Assembly (NCBI GenBank): GCA_964479005.1
Contig: CAYZJA010000001.1
Location: forward strand, 250,225-314,224
From: an uncultured Candidatus Saccharibacteria bacterium
GTDB taxonomy: Bacteria; Patescibacteriota; Minisyncoccia; UBA6257
Direction: 5' to 3'
Length of the DNA stretch: 64,000 nt
Shown here: in pieces, positions 29,929 to 37,636 of the stretch
Numbering within the stretch: position 1 is the stretch's first letter
Layout: every line of letters starts with the position of its first letter
Position numbers and translations under genes: made by a program
The notes under the pieces: model-generated
Databases searched by the model: none
Seen by the model: the letters and a program-made list of their open reading frames with translations, nothing else
What the model was told of the DNA's origin: nothing

Positions 29929-30016
29929 TGTCTAAGATTGAATATTGGATAATTTTTTAACTAGCCTATCATTTAATAAAAATCTTCAAATTATAGTTAT
30001 GTATTTAACCAATTAA

Positions 30017-30721
30017 CTATATAAATAGAATTCCGGATAAATATTGAGCTAGCATGAACAATAAACAAGAGATCAAAATCATTATATTTAATACCTTAAT
30101 CGTTTTTATTATATTCAGACTAAATAATATACTAAGAAAAGTATAATAAGACATGTAAAGCATGACTAATAGAGAATAAAAAGGTTTACCGAGTATAAGG
30201 ATTGTAAATATGTAGCCTAAGACGCCAGCCATTATGTCTAAAAGTATCAAAATTAGTTTTTTCTTTTGTGGATACGCTAGTTGTAATTTAAGAGCGAAGT
30301 ATACAAGAAAATAAACAGTTATAATAGCTATAGCAACTGAATTATAAAGGAAAATTAATCTTAATTCATTAGCAAAAACACTCTTTATAAATGAAAACAA
30401 ACTACCTAAGAATATAATAATTCCAATACTTAATATTATGCCACCGATTGCATTCTCAAAAAGATTATCGACTGAGGTTTTGGCATATCTAATCCAGAAA
30501 TCAATAATGCAGTAGCCAATAAGTAACCCAAAAATTAACAGCAACAGGCATTGCAACATTCTCAGCGATTCAGTTTGATACTGATTTATTTGTAGAAATA
30601 AACTAGCTATGATGCCTGTAAATCCAATTATATCTATTAGCCATTTTCTATCAGAATAATATAATTTGAAGATTTCTTTTGGTCTAGATATTATTTCTCC
30701 CATTTTCTCATCACGTCTCAT
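30017..30721 (-). CDS. hypothetical polytopic membrane protein
   Basis: ORF only; preceded by island repeat. Confidence 0.4.
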   Translation of the reverse strand: MRRDEKMGEIISRPKEIFKLYYSDRKWLIDIIGFTGIIASLFLQINQYQTESLRMLQCLLLLIFGLLIGYCIIDFWIRYAKTSVDNLFENAIGGIILSIGIIIFLGSLFSFIKSVFANELRLIFLYNSVAIAIITVYFLVYFALKLQLAYPQKKKLILILLDIMAGVLGYIFTILILGKPFYSLLVMLYMSYYTFLSILFSLNIIKTIKVLNIMILISCLLFMLAQYLSGILFI

Positions 30722-30776
30722 ATAATTTATATTAATTGATTAAAATCATTCTAATTTCTTATTTATAATCACCTAT

Positions 30777-30794
30777 TGGAATAAACAATGTTAG
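30777..30794 (-). repeat. island repeat motif copy 2 (partial: AATGTTAGAACCTGTTTA)
   Basis: Shares core GTTAGAACCTGTTT with copies 1 and 3; ~58 nt upstream of ORF 30017..30721 start. Confidence 0.7.
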
Positions 30795-30810
30795 AACCTG
30801 TTTAGTGGAT

Positions 30811-31341
30811 TCAATTTAAAATTTGTCCTAAACCTTTCCAGGCTTTCAGTAAAAAATTAATTAATCCTAAATAATATTCACTCAAAAGAAAACCAAAAAG
30901 AACACTGAGAATTGCGACTTTAATTATTAAGTGAATATTCTTAAGTTCTTGCTCTTGTTTTTCTGTCTTATATCCTCTTTTTTTATAATCAAATAACTCC
31001 GGCTTCACTTTTAACATTAGTCCGTAAATTTTTTCAAATTCTTCTTCTATCCAGTTAAACCTATCAATATCTTTCTGCACTTCTCCAAAATCAGGTATAG
31101 CTACTGAATGTTTAGTTATTTTTTCCACTAATTCCTGGTCAATAAGAAACTTAACTGTATAAACAACATCCTCTAATGGCTCTAACGAATTTTTATTATA
31201 TTTGTGAAGAGGAAGTCCCTCTTTTAATTCTTTTTCTACAAAATAATTTAAACCTTCTTCATTCAATAAACGATAAACAAGGGCTTCTCTTTTTTCTAAT
31301 AATAAATTAATAAAATCTTCGTTTATCTTCATATTATCCAT
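30811..31341 (-). CDS. hypothetical protein with C-terminal TM anchor
   Basis: ORF only; preceded by island repeat. Confidence 0.4.
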   Translation of the reverse strand: MDNMKINEDFINLLLEKREALVYRLLNEEGLNYFVEKELKEGLPLHKYNKNSLEPLEDVVYTVKFLIDQELVEKITKHSVAIPDFGEVQKDIDRFNWIEEEFEKIYGLMLKVKPELFDYKKRGYKTEKQEQELKNIHLIIKVAILSVLFGFLLSEYYLGLINFLLKAWKGLGQILN

Positions 31342-31398
31342 ATTCTACCAAAAAACCGCCTCTTTTACGAGACGATTCTTCTTAAAAAAATCCGCTCT

Positions 31399-31427
31399 GG
31401 GAACTGGACGATGTTAGAACCTGTTTT
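31399..31427 (-). repeat. island repeat motif copy 3 (GGGAACTGGACGATGTTAGAACCTGTTTT)
   Basis: Identical to copy 1; ~57 nt upstream of ORF 30811..31341 start. Confidence 0.85.
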
Positions 31428-31460
31428 GGATAATAAAAATCTACAACATATAGTAAATCT

Positions 31461-31778
31461 TCAATTATCTTTGGGAATTTTTATTGTCTTTTTCCCTCTT
31501 TCCTTTCTCTTTTTTTTTGACTTTCTTCCACTCAATGCCCATTCAAGCCATTCTTTTTTCTCTATTCCAGACTGCCTGATCATTGTTCTAAGAGTTAATT
31601 CTGGATAAGACTTCGCATTTGTATTAAAATTTATTTCTACTATTTTATCATCTCCACTACTAATCCAAACCTTCCAATCATCATGAGAACCATCTTTAGA
31701 TTTAAAAAAACTAAAACCGTGAGATTTTAGAAAATTAATAACATCTTTATATGACCAATTACGAAATCTTCTTGGCAT
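31461..31778 (-). CDS. HicA-family toxin (YcfA-like mRNA interferase) with K-rich C-terminal tail
   Basis: ...FLKSHGFSFFKSKDGSHDDWKV... (GSH motif) and ...TLRTMIRQSGI match HicA pattern. Confidence 0.6.
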   Translation of the reverse strand: MPRRFRNWSYKDVINFLKSHGFSFFKSKDGSHDDWKVWISSGDDKIVEINFNTNAKSYPELTLRTMIRQSGIEKKEWLEWALSGRKSKKKRKERGKKTIKIPKDN

Positions 31779-31787
31779 AACTTAAAA

Positions 31788-32150
31788 TTAAGCCAAACAA
31801 CCAACCAAAGCAGGAATGGAGTTAGGGTTGTATTTAAGTTGCTTAGCCGATTCCAACCTGACTCGTGTAAGCTTTTGTTCTTTAATCTTTTTCTGAAATT
31901 CAAAATATTTATCCCAAAACTCTTGGGGTGCATAACGATTTAGTAAATCATCAGAAAGTTGTTTTCTGCAAACAGTTTTAAGATGAAGAATAGCTGCCTC
32001 TTCTACACTTTTCATTACTTCAATTGAGTTGTCACCTTCTTCAATAATATCAAAAGTAAGACAGACTCCAACGAATTTATCTCCACTTGAATAACCAAAA
32101 AATTCCATTAAACCTCTTCGTTTAGTGTTTTTAGGTCTCAATATTTTCAT
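31788..32150 (-). CDS. HicB-like antitoxin candidate
   Basis: Adjacent upstream of HicA; FVGVCLTFDIIEEGDNSIEVMKSVEEAAILHLK resembles HicB N-terminal (RNase H-like) pattern; weak. Confidence 0.4.
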   Translation of the reverse strand: MKILRPKNTKRRGLMEFFGYSSGDKFVGVCLTFDIIEEGDNSIEVMKSVEEAAILHLKTVCRKQLSDDLLNRYAPQEFWDKYFEFQKKIKEQKLTRVRLESAKQLKYNPNSIPALVGCLA

Positions 32151-32249
32151 TTTTAAAAATTAATTAAAATAGATTGTTTAAAGTATAACAATACAAGTCA
32201 ATAAGTCAATATCTGATAAATCGTCAGAAAATGTCCTTAAGAAGGTATG

Positions 32250-32265
32250 GCTGGACGAAGTTAGA
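32250..32265 (-). repeat. island repeat motif copy 4 (partial: CTGGACGAAGTTAGAA)
   Basis: Partial match to copies 1/3; ~97 nt upstream of HicB-like ORF start. Confidence 0.5.
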
Positions 32266-32323
32266 ATTCATATTTCTTTAGGATTCCAATTTCCATCTTT
32301 ATCGAAATCACTTGTTCAAATAT

Positions 32324-33565
32324 TTACAAAATGGGATTTTTCTTTTCTAGTAAATCCTTAACTGTGATTAGCCTTATTTCTAACTCCTTCTTATTTTTAA
32401 TCCTTGCTACTTCCTCGTAAGCACCCTTAGTAAAACTAAAAGCTACAATATAACCCTTTTTATAATTTGCCCTTTTTAGGGCAGTCTCAAAATTATCTAT
32501 AACATTACGCCCTACTTTATCAGACTGCTTTACCTGTATTCCTGCTTCTTCAGTTAAAACACTCCTTGGGTAATAACCATCTAGCCCCATATCCCCAACT
32601 TTCTTTCTGCTCGCATTAGCCCTCATTTTGTCTATCACTACCCAGTTTTGAAACTCAAAAGGTTCTAATTTTTTTACTTCCTCTATTGTAGTCGGCATAC
32701 CAATCACTTCATAATCAATACCCTCTATCGTTCCTAAAGTTTTTCCTAATCTTCGTTGCATTATCTTGATTGCTGTTGGTGAAATATCTATTCCTATCCA
32801 CCTTCTACCCAATCGTTGAGCTACAGCTACTGTTGTTCCGCAACCACAAAAAGCGTCTAAAACTATATCATTTTTGTTTGAGGACGCCTCTATTATTCTT
32901 TTTAAAAGTGCTTCTGGTTTTTGGGTGGGATAACCTACTCGCTCTTCTGCCATTGGATTTATTACGGGTATATTCCATACATCTTCCACCATTTTCCCTA
33001 ACGGATTACCTTCCCACTTATAGACTTTCTTTTTTCCACCTGGTCTTCTAATAGCGACTTCGTCTTTTAGTTCTCGGCAGTATTCTTCCTTAAGACTCGG
33101 TTCATTATAATTAAAAGTCCAATTATCTCCTTTTGTATAAAAATAAATTGTATCGTGTTTTCTTGGAAACCTTGTTTTACTTTGTCCGCCGCCCTTATAA
33201 GCCCAAATAATCTCATTTCTAAAATTTTCTACCCCAAATATCTCATCTAACATAATTCTTATATGAGCGTTGGCATGCCAATCGCAATGTATGTAAAAAG
33301 AGCCTGTAGATTTCAATATCTCATACAATGCTTGAACTCTTGGTTTAAGCCAACTAATATAATTTTCTGTTCCGCCCTCCCATCTATCTTTAAAACTTCT
33401 AATCTCCGCCTCATCGCCAAATACAACTTCATACTGTTTATGAGTAAAAAATGGCGGGTCAATATAAATCAGATCTATACTCTCTTTAGGAAGTTTAGCT
33501 AACTCTTCTAAATTATCGCCGCAAATAAGTTTGTTAATCTGCCAAAGTTTATTCTGATTAGACAT
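32324..33565 (-). CDS. beta-class N6-adenine/N4-cytosine DNA methyltransferase (orphan, no adjacent restriction enzyme)
   Basis: Motif IV IYIDPPFF near N-terminus; motif I VLDAFCGCGTTVAVAQRLGRRWIGIDIS near C-terminal half. Confidence 0.85.
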   Translation of the reverse strand: MSNQNKLWQINKLICGDNLEELAKLPKESIDLIYIDPPFFTHKQYEVVFGDEAEIRSFKDRWEGGTENYISWLKPRVQALYEILKSTGSFYIHCDWHANAHIRIMLDEIFGVENFRNEIIWAYKGGGQSKTRFPRKHDTIYFYTKGDNWTFNYNEPSLKEEYCRELKDEVAIRRPGGKKKVYKWEGNPLGKMVEDVWNIPVINPMAEERVGYPTQKPEALLKRIIEASSNKNDIVLDAFCGCGTTVAVAQRLGRRWIGIDISPTAIKIMQRRLGKTLGTIEGIDYEVIGMPTTIEEVKKLEPFEFQNWVVIDKMRANASRKKVGDMGLDGYYPRSVLTEEAGIQVKQSDKVGRNVIDNFETALKRANYKKGYIVAFSFTKGAYEEVARIKNKKELEIRLITVKDLLEKKNPIL

Positions 33566-33568
33566 AGT

Positions 33569-33718
33569 AGGGATGGGTTTTAATTTTTATGCTTATATTT
33601 ACTGGCTGGAAACACAAAGCTCCCCGCCAACGACAACCTTTCGGTCGCCCTATACCTTTCGGTATAGACCCATCCCTGAGCTCTGACGAGGAGCTTAATA
33701 TCAGGGATGGGTTTTTTA
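33569..33718. other. GC-rich structured element: AGGGATGGGT (x2, direct) with intervening ACCCATCCCT, nested hairpin CTATACC-TTTC-GGTATAG, ending in stem + T6
   Basis: 12-bp perfect stem ACCCATCCCTGA/TCAGGGATGGGT (33668-33712) followed by TTTTTT; upstream copy at 33569-33578 could pair alternatively. Confidence 0.55.
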
Positions 33719-33910
33719 TGCCATATCCTATATTAGAACTTAGGCAACTTTGATTATTTAGTTTTTACAATTAAAGAATAACATAAATTGATAAAAAGGG
33801 AAGCAGAATTGTACCCTCGTTAATTATATTAATCAATCACCATTTTAGCTTTATTTAGTCATATTTTATTGCTAAAATAGGGTTGAATAAGACATAATTA
33901 TATTATTTAT

Positions 33911-34744
33911 ATGACTGACAAAAAAATGCAAGGATGGCTCTCAGAGGCTAAAAATCCTAAAATAGAGCAAACAATAAGACTTCTAAAAATTAATAAAGAA
34001 TTTTTAAAGGATGTAGCTGTTTTACGAAAAAAATGGCCTAGTTTTATAGAAAAACATAAAACAGCAATAGATAAAATTATAATAGAACTAATAAAAATGG
34101 CTTATCAAGGATTCTTGAAGAAAGAAAAACCTTCCGATGTCGTTGAAAAAGCAAAAAAAAAGAATTTATTTCGCTCTGAAGAGCCAACTAAAGAAAATCT
34201 CTTTACCGCCAACACTAAATTTAATCAAGATATATTAGATCTATGTGAAAAATACAAACTCTATCCTATTAGTCTTTGGCGATATAGGGTAGCTATTTTT
34301 ATTGTAACTAATGATTTTTCTATTTCTAATAAATTAGCAGGAATGGATTTAGCAAAATATTTATCTCCAGAAGAAATAAGCCAAATTCCTGAAGATATGA
34401 ATTTTAGTCTTAAAATCGAAAAAAATAAAGATACCAAGGAACTAGAGTTATTCATTCAAGTATATGAAACTACATCTTTACGAGATTTGAAAAAATATTG
34501 GCATATGGTAAAACATTCTCAAGATAAGCTAAAAAAGGCCAAAAAGATAGACAAAAGATACTATCCTAAAAAAGGTCTAGAAACTGCAGAAAAGTTATTC
34601 ACATTAGATAAAACTAAATCAAAGTCTGATTGGGAAAAACATGATGCTATATATGGAGAACCTACTTCTTCTAGTAAAAAAGACGGGGAAAAAGAAACCA
34701 AAAAAACTAAAAATTTAAAAAGAATTAGGTATCGATATAAATAG
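33911..34744 (+). CDS. hypothetical Lys-rich protein
   Basis: ORF only; terminated by hairpin at 34808-34832. Confidence 0.4.
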   Translation: MTDKKMQGWLSEAKNPKIEQTIRLLKINKEFLKDVAVLRKKWPSFIEKHKTAIDKIIIELIKMAYQGFLKKEKPSDVVEKAKKKNLFRSEEPTKENLFTANTKFNQDILDLCEKYKLYPISLWRYRVAIFIVTNDFSISNKLAGMDLAKYLSPEEISQIPEDMNFSLKIEKNKDTKELELFIQVYETTSLRDLKKYWHMVKHSQDKLKKAKKIDKRYYPKKGLETAEKLFTLDKTKSKSDWEKHDAIYGEPTSSSKKDGEKETKKTKNLKRIRYRYK

Positions 34745-34807
34745 ATTTTTAAATTCGTAATTTGGGCTCATATCTTGAGACCAGTTTAAATTAGCAATTT
34801 TGTATAA

Positions 34808-34837
34808 TAACTCCAGAGATAATCTGGAGTTTTATGT
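34808..34837 (+). terminator. rho-independent terminator AACTCCAGA-GATAA-TCTGGAGTTTTAT
   Basis: 9-bp stem + T-run downstream of ORF 33911..34744. Confidence 0.7.
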
Positions 34838-35001
34838 TATTAAGCAAAAAAGCAATTAAGGAATTTAAAACGATCTATACCCGAAAATTTCATCAGGATA
34901 TAGATGACAAAACTGCTCAGGAAATGGCTAAAAGGCTCCTCCTGCTCTTTAAAATTGTCTATAAGCCCCCAACTAATAAACAATCAACTAAATATGACTA
35001 A
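34834..35001 (+). CDS. hypothetical 55-aa protein (MLLSKKAIKEFKTIYTRKFHQDIDDKTAQEMAKRLLLLFKIVYKPPTNKQSTKYD)
   Basis: Manual translation; below ORF-track cutoff; stop overlaps ATG of next ORF in ATGACTAA arrangement. Confidence 0.25.
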   Translation: MLLSKKAIKEFKTIYTRKFHQDIDDKTAQEMAKRLLLLFKIVYKPPTNKQSTKYD

Positions 35002-35290
35002 CGATAAATCTTATAATAATCTTAAAAAATGCCCTCGTTTTGATAGGTGCAATCAAAATTTATGTCCTCTTGATATAAGGCTTTCATTAAGAATCGGAGG
35101 ATCTGCTGAAAAATGTCGCTGGATGAGACCCCCTTCGAAGAAAACTATTCATGGTAAGGTCTTTATATCAGGAGGGCAGGTTATGCCAGATGGTTTATTG
35201 AATTTTGTGCCTGAGAGCAATTTAGAGTGGCTTAATACCCCCTCTAAAAAAAGATGGTTAGAAATTAAAAAAAATGAAACAAAATCCTAA
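34994..35290 (+). CDS. hypothetical Cys-rich small protein (CPRFDRCNQNLCPLD...)
   Basis: ORF-track entry 34904..35290 trimmed to internal Met that overlaps the preceding stop. Confidence 0.35.
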   Translation: MTNDKSYNNLKKCPRFDRCNQNLCPLDIRLSLRIGGSAEKCRWMRPPSKKTIHGKVFISGGQVMPDGLLNFVPESNLEWLNTPSKKRWLEIKKNETKS

Positions 35291-35795
35291 TACTAAATTG
35301 AAGCTTAGACCTTTACGTCTCAGGGGTGTCCCTTTTGCTTGGCAGGATACTAGATTAATCCCAAAAATCCGAGAGCATTTTCATAAAGAAAAGCTTACAA
35401 CTGCCCTTGCTTTATACTTTGTTTTAACAGAACTTGCTAGTATTGAAGGAAAAGGACAAGGAAAACATATAAATTGTTTAAAGGCATATCTAAAAACAAT
35501 AGCAGATCGTTGTGGTAAATCGGTATCAACAACCAAAAGATATCTCAAGGATTTTAAAAAATACAAAATTATATCCTGGAACAATCGTCGTAAAGGATTG
35601 ATGAATTTATCAAATGAATGGTTATTACTTCATTATTACCAGCCCACTAATGAACGTACCTCTATTCATAATGATAAACCTGTTATAAAGAATTATATAA
35701 AAAGAAGTTTTATTAATAATAAAAGGAATTATAAAAATGATAAAGATAAAGGGTTCGTTCCTATTAAGGAAATCATTGGCCGGAAGTATAAATAA
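35274..35795 (+). CDS. hypothetical basic protein with probable winged-helix DNA-binding region
   Basis: ORF only; ...TTALALYFVLTELAS...KSVSTTKRYLKDFKKYKII looks HTH-like. Confidence 0.35.
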   Translation: MKQNPNTKLKLRPLRLRGVPFAWQDTRLIPKIREHFHKEKLTTALALYFVLTELASIEGKGQGKHINCLKAYLKTIADRCGKSVSTTKRYLKDFKKYKIISWNNRRKGLMNLSNEWLLLHYYQPTNERTSIHNDKPVIKNYIKRSFINNKRNYKNDKDKGFVPIKEIIGRKYK

Positions 35796-35805
35796 GCTTG
35801 TAAAT

Positions 35806-36030
35806 TTAAGGGGGGGTATAGGGGGGTTCGCGCGCGCGAGGAATAATAAAAGATTTGCATAACAGTTGCAGTTGATTTTCATAAAGCAAAAGAGATATAA
35901 TAAAATATTGACCCAGATACCTCACAGGGAATCAATCTAGCGATAATGTCCTTAAAGGGGCGGTCTATACCAGTATTGCTGGATCCTTGTGAAACAGTGG
36001 GGCTGGGTCAATTATAGGCCGTCCCTTTAA
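35806..36030. other. GC-rich non-coding region upstream of recombinase: G7-TATA-G6, (CG)5 tract, and interleaved inverted repeats (TTAAAGGGGCGGTCTATA/TATAGGCCGTCCCTTTAA; TTGACCCAG/CTGGGTCAA)
   Basis: Read from sequence; right arm of the 18-bp imperfect dyad ends 10 nt before the recombinase ATG. Confidence 0.5.
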
Positions 36031-36040
36031 TTCTAAATTT

Positions 36041-37636
36041 ATGGAACAAATAACATCAAAAATTAAATATTTTCTTTATGCAAGAAAATCATCTGAATCT
36101 GAAGATAGACAGGTAGCTTCAATTGATTCACAAATAAAAGAATTAACTGGGGTAGCTAAGAAAGAAAAGCTAAAAATCATTGATGTTCTCACTGAATCTC
36201 AGTCAGCAAAGGCACCAGGAAGAAGCCAGTTTAATGATATGATCCAGAGAATCTCCAAAGGAGAAGCCCAGGGAATTTTATGTTGGAAGCTGGATAGATT
36301 AGCCAGAAACCCTATCGATGGCGGAAATATCATGTGGTTACTTCAGAGTAATACAATAAAACATATCAAAACATACAATAGGGATTATTATCCTACTGAT
36401 AATGTTTTGATGATGAGTGTAGAATTTGGCATGGCAAATCAGTTTATAAGAGATCTGAGTGAAAATACAAAGAGAGGGCTAAGAGCAAAGGCAGAAAAAG
36501 GATGGTATCCTACCTATGCCTCTTTAGGTTATATGCATAATCCTTTAAAAAGAAAAGGAGAAAAAGAAATTATTAAAGACCCGGAAAGGTTTGATCTTAT
36601 AAGAAAGATATTTGATTTAATGCTTACTGGTTGCTATACACCGCCTAAAATTTTAAAAATCGCTACTGAGAAATGGGGATTAAAAAATAAGCAAGGAGGA
36701 AAAGTTGCCAGAAGTACTGTTTATAGAATACTAACTGATCCATTTTATTATGGTCAATTTGAATATCCAAAAGAAAGTGGAAATTGGTATAAGGGCAAAC
36801 ATAAACTTATGATAACTCTAGAAGAATATGACAAAATTCAAATTTTACTTGGGAGAAAAGGTAAACCTCGATCTAAAACGCATACTTTCGCTTTTACCGG
36901 AATGATTAGATGTAGCGAATGCGAAGCAATGATTACAGCCGAAGAAAAAATTAAAATACAAAAAAACGGAAATATTCATAAATATATTTATTATCATTGC
37001 ACCAAGAAAAAAGATTCTCATTGCTCCCAAAAATCTATAGAACAAAAAGAATTAGAAAAACAAATCCTGGATATTTTGGGTGGAATTGAAATTCCTCCAG
37101 AATTTCATCAATGGGCAATGAAGTGGATACAAATTGAAAATAAAAAAGAAAGTAAAGCAAGGAACCAAATTATAGTAAACCATCAAGAAAGCTATAAAAA
37201 ATGTTTAAAGAGAATTGATAATCTTATTGATATGAGATCTGCTGAGGATATAACGAAAAAAGAATTTCTGAGAAAAAAATCGGAGTTAAGTCAGGAAAAG
37301 ATTCGATTAGAAGAATTACTCGCGGATACAGGAAACAGAATTAATAAACAATTAGAGAAAGCTGAGGAAGCATTTTTATTTGCTGAAAAAGCTAAAGAAA
37401 GATTTGAAAATGGAGACATCAAAGACAAAAAAGAAATTCTAACAGCCCTAGGTTCGAACCTCATTTTAAAAGATAAAAAGCTAAGTATAACAATACAAAA
37501 ACCACTTTTCCTTATTGAAAAAGTGGCCAAACAGGTTAAAGCAATTAATCAAAGGTTAGAACCTCTGAAAAACCGCATAACAAATAACGAATTGGAGGAA
37601 ATCTATCTTCAAAATCCTACGTTGCTCCGCGGGTAG
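36041..37636 (+). CDS. large serine recombinase (integrase-type)
   Basis: Resolvase catalytic domain with active-site Ser (YARKSSESEDRQVASIDSQ), recombinase domain, zinc ribbon (CSEC...YYHCTKK), C-terminal coiled coil; 3' end overlaps tRNA-Asn. Confidence 0.9.
   Translation: MEQITSKIKYFLYARKSSESEDRQVASIDSQIKELTGVAKKEKLKIIDVLTESQSAKAPGRSQFNDMIQRISKGEAQGILCWKLDRLARNPIDGGNIMWLLQSNTIKHIKTYNRDYYPTDNVLMMSVEFGMANQFIRDLSENTKRGLRAKAEKGWYPTYASLGYMHNPLKRKGEKEIIKDPERFDLIRKIFDLMLTGCYTPPKILKIATEKWGLKNKQGGKVARSTVYRILTDPFYYGQFEYPKESGNWYKGKHKLMITLEEYDKIQILLGRKGKPRSKTHTFAFTGMIRCSECEAMITAEEKIKIQKNGNIHKYIYYHCTKKKDSHCSQKSIEQKELEKQILDILGGIEIPPEFHQWAMKWIQIENKKESKARNQIIVNHQESYKKCLKRIDNLIDMRSAEDITKKEFLRKKSELSQEKIRLEELLADTGNRINKQLEKAEEAFLFAEKAKERFENGDIKDKKEILTALGSNLILKDKKLSITIQKPLFLIEKVAKQVKAINQRLEPLKNRITNNELEEIYLQNPTLLRG

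Noticed and set aside
33680-33700. CTGACGAGGAGC resembles the hammerhead ribozyme CUGANGA box
   Set aside because: No flanking stem II/GAAA/stem III arrangement or GUC cleavage triplet on either strand. The segment is simply the loop of the 12-bp ACCCATCCCTGA/TCAGGGATGGGT stem.
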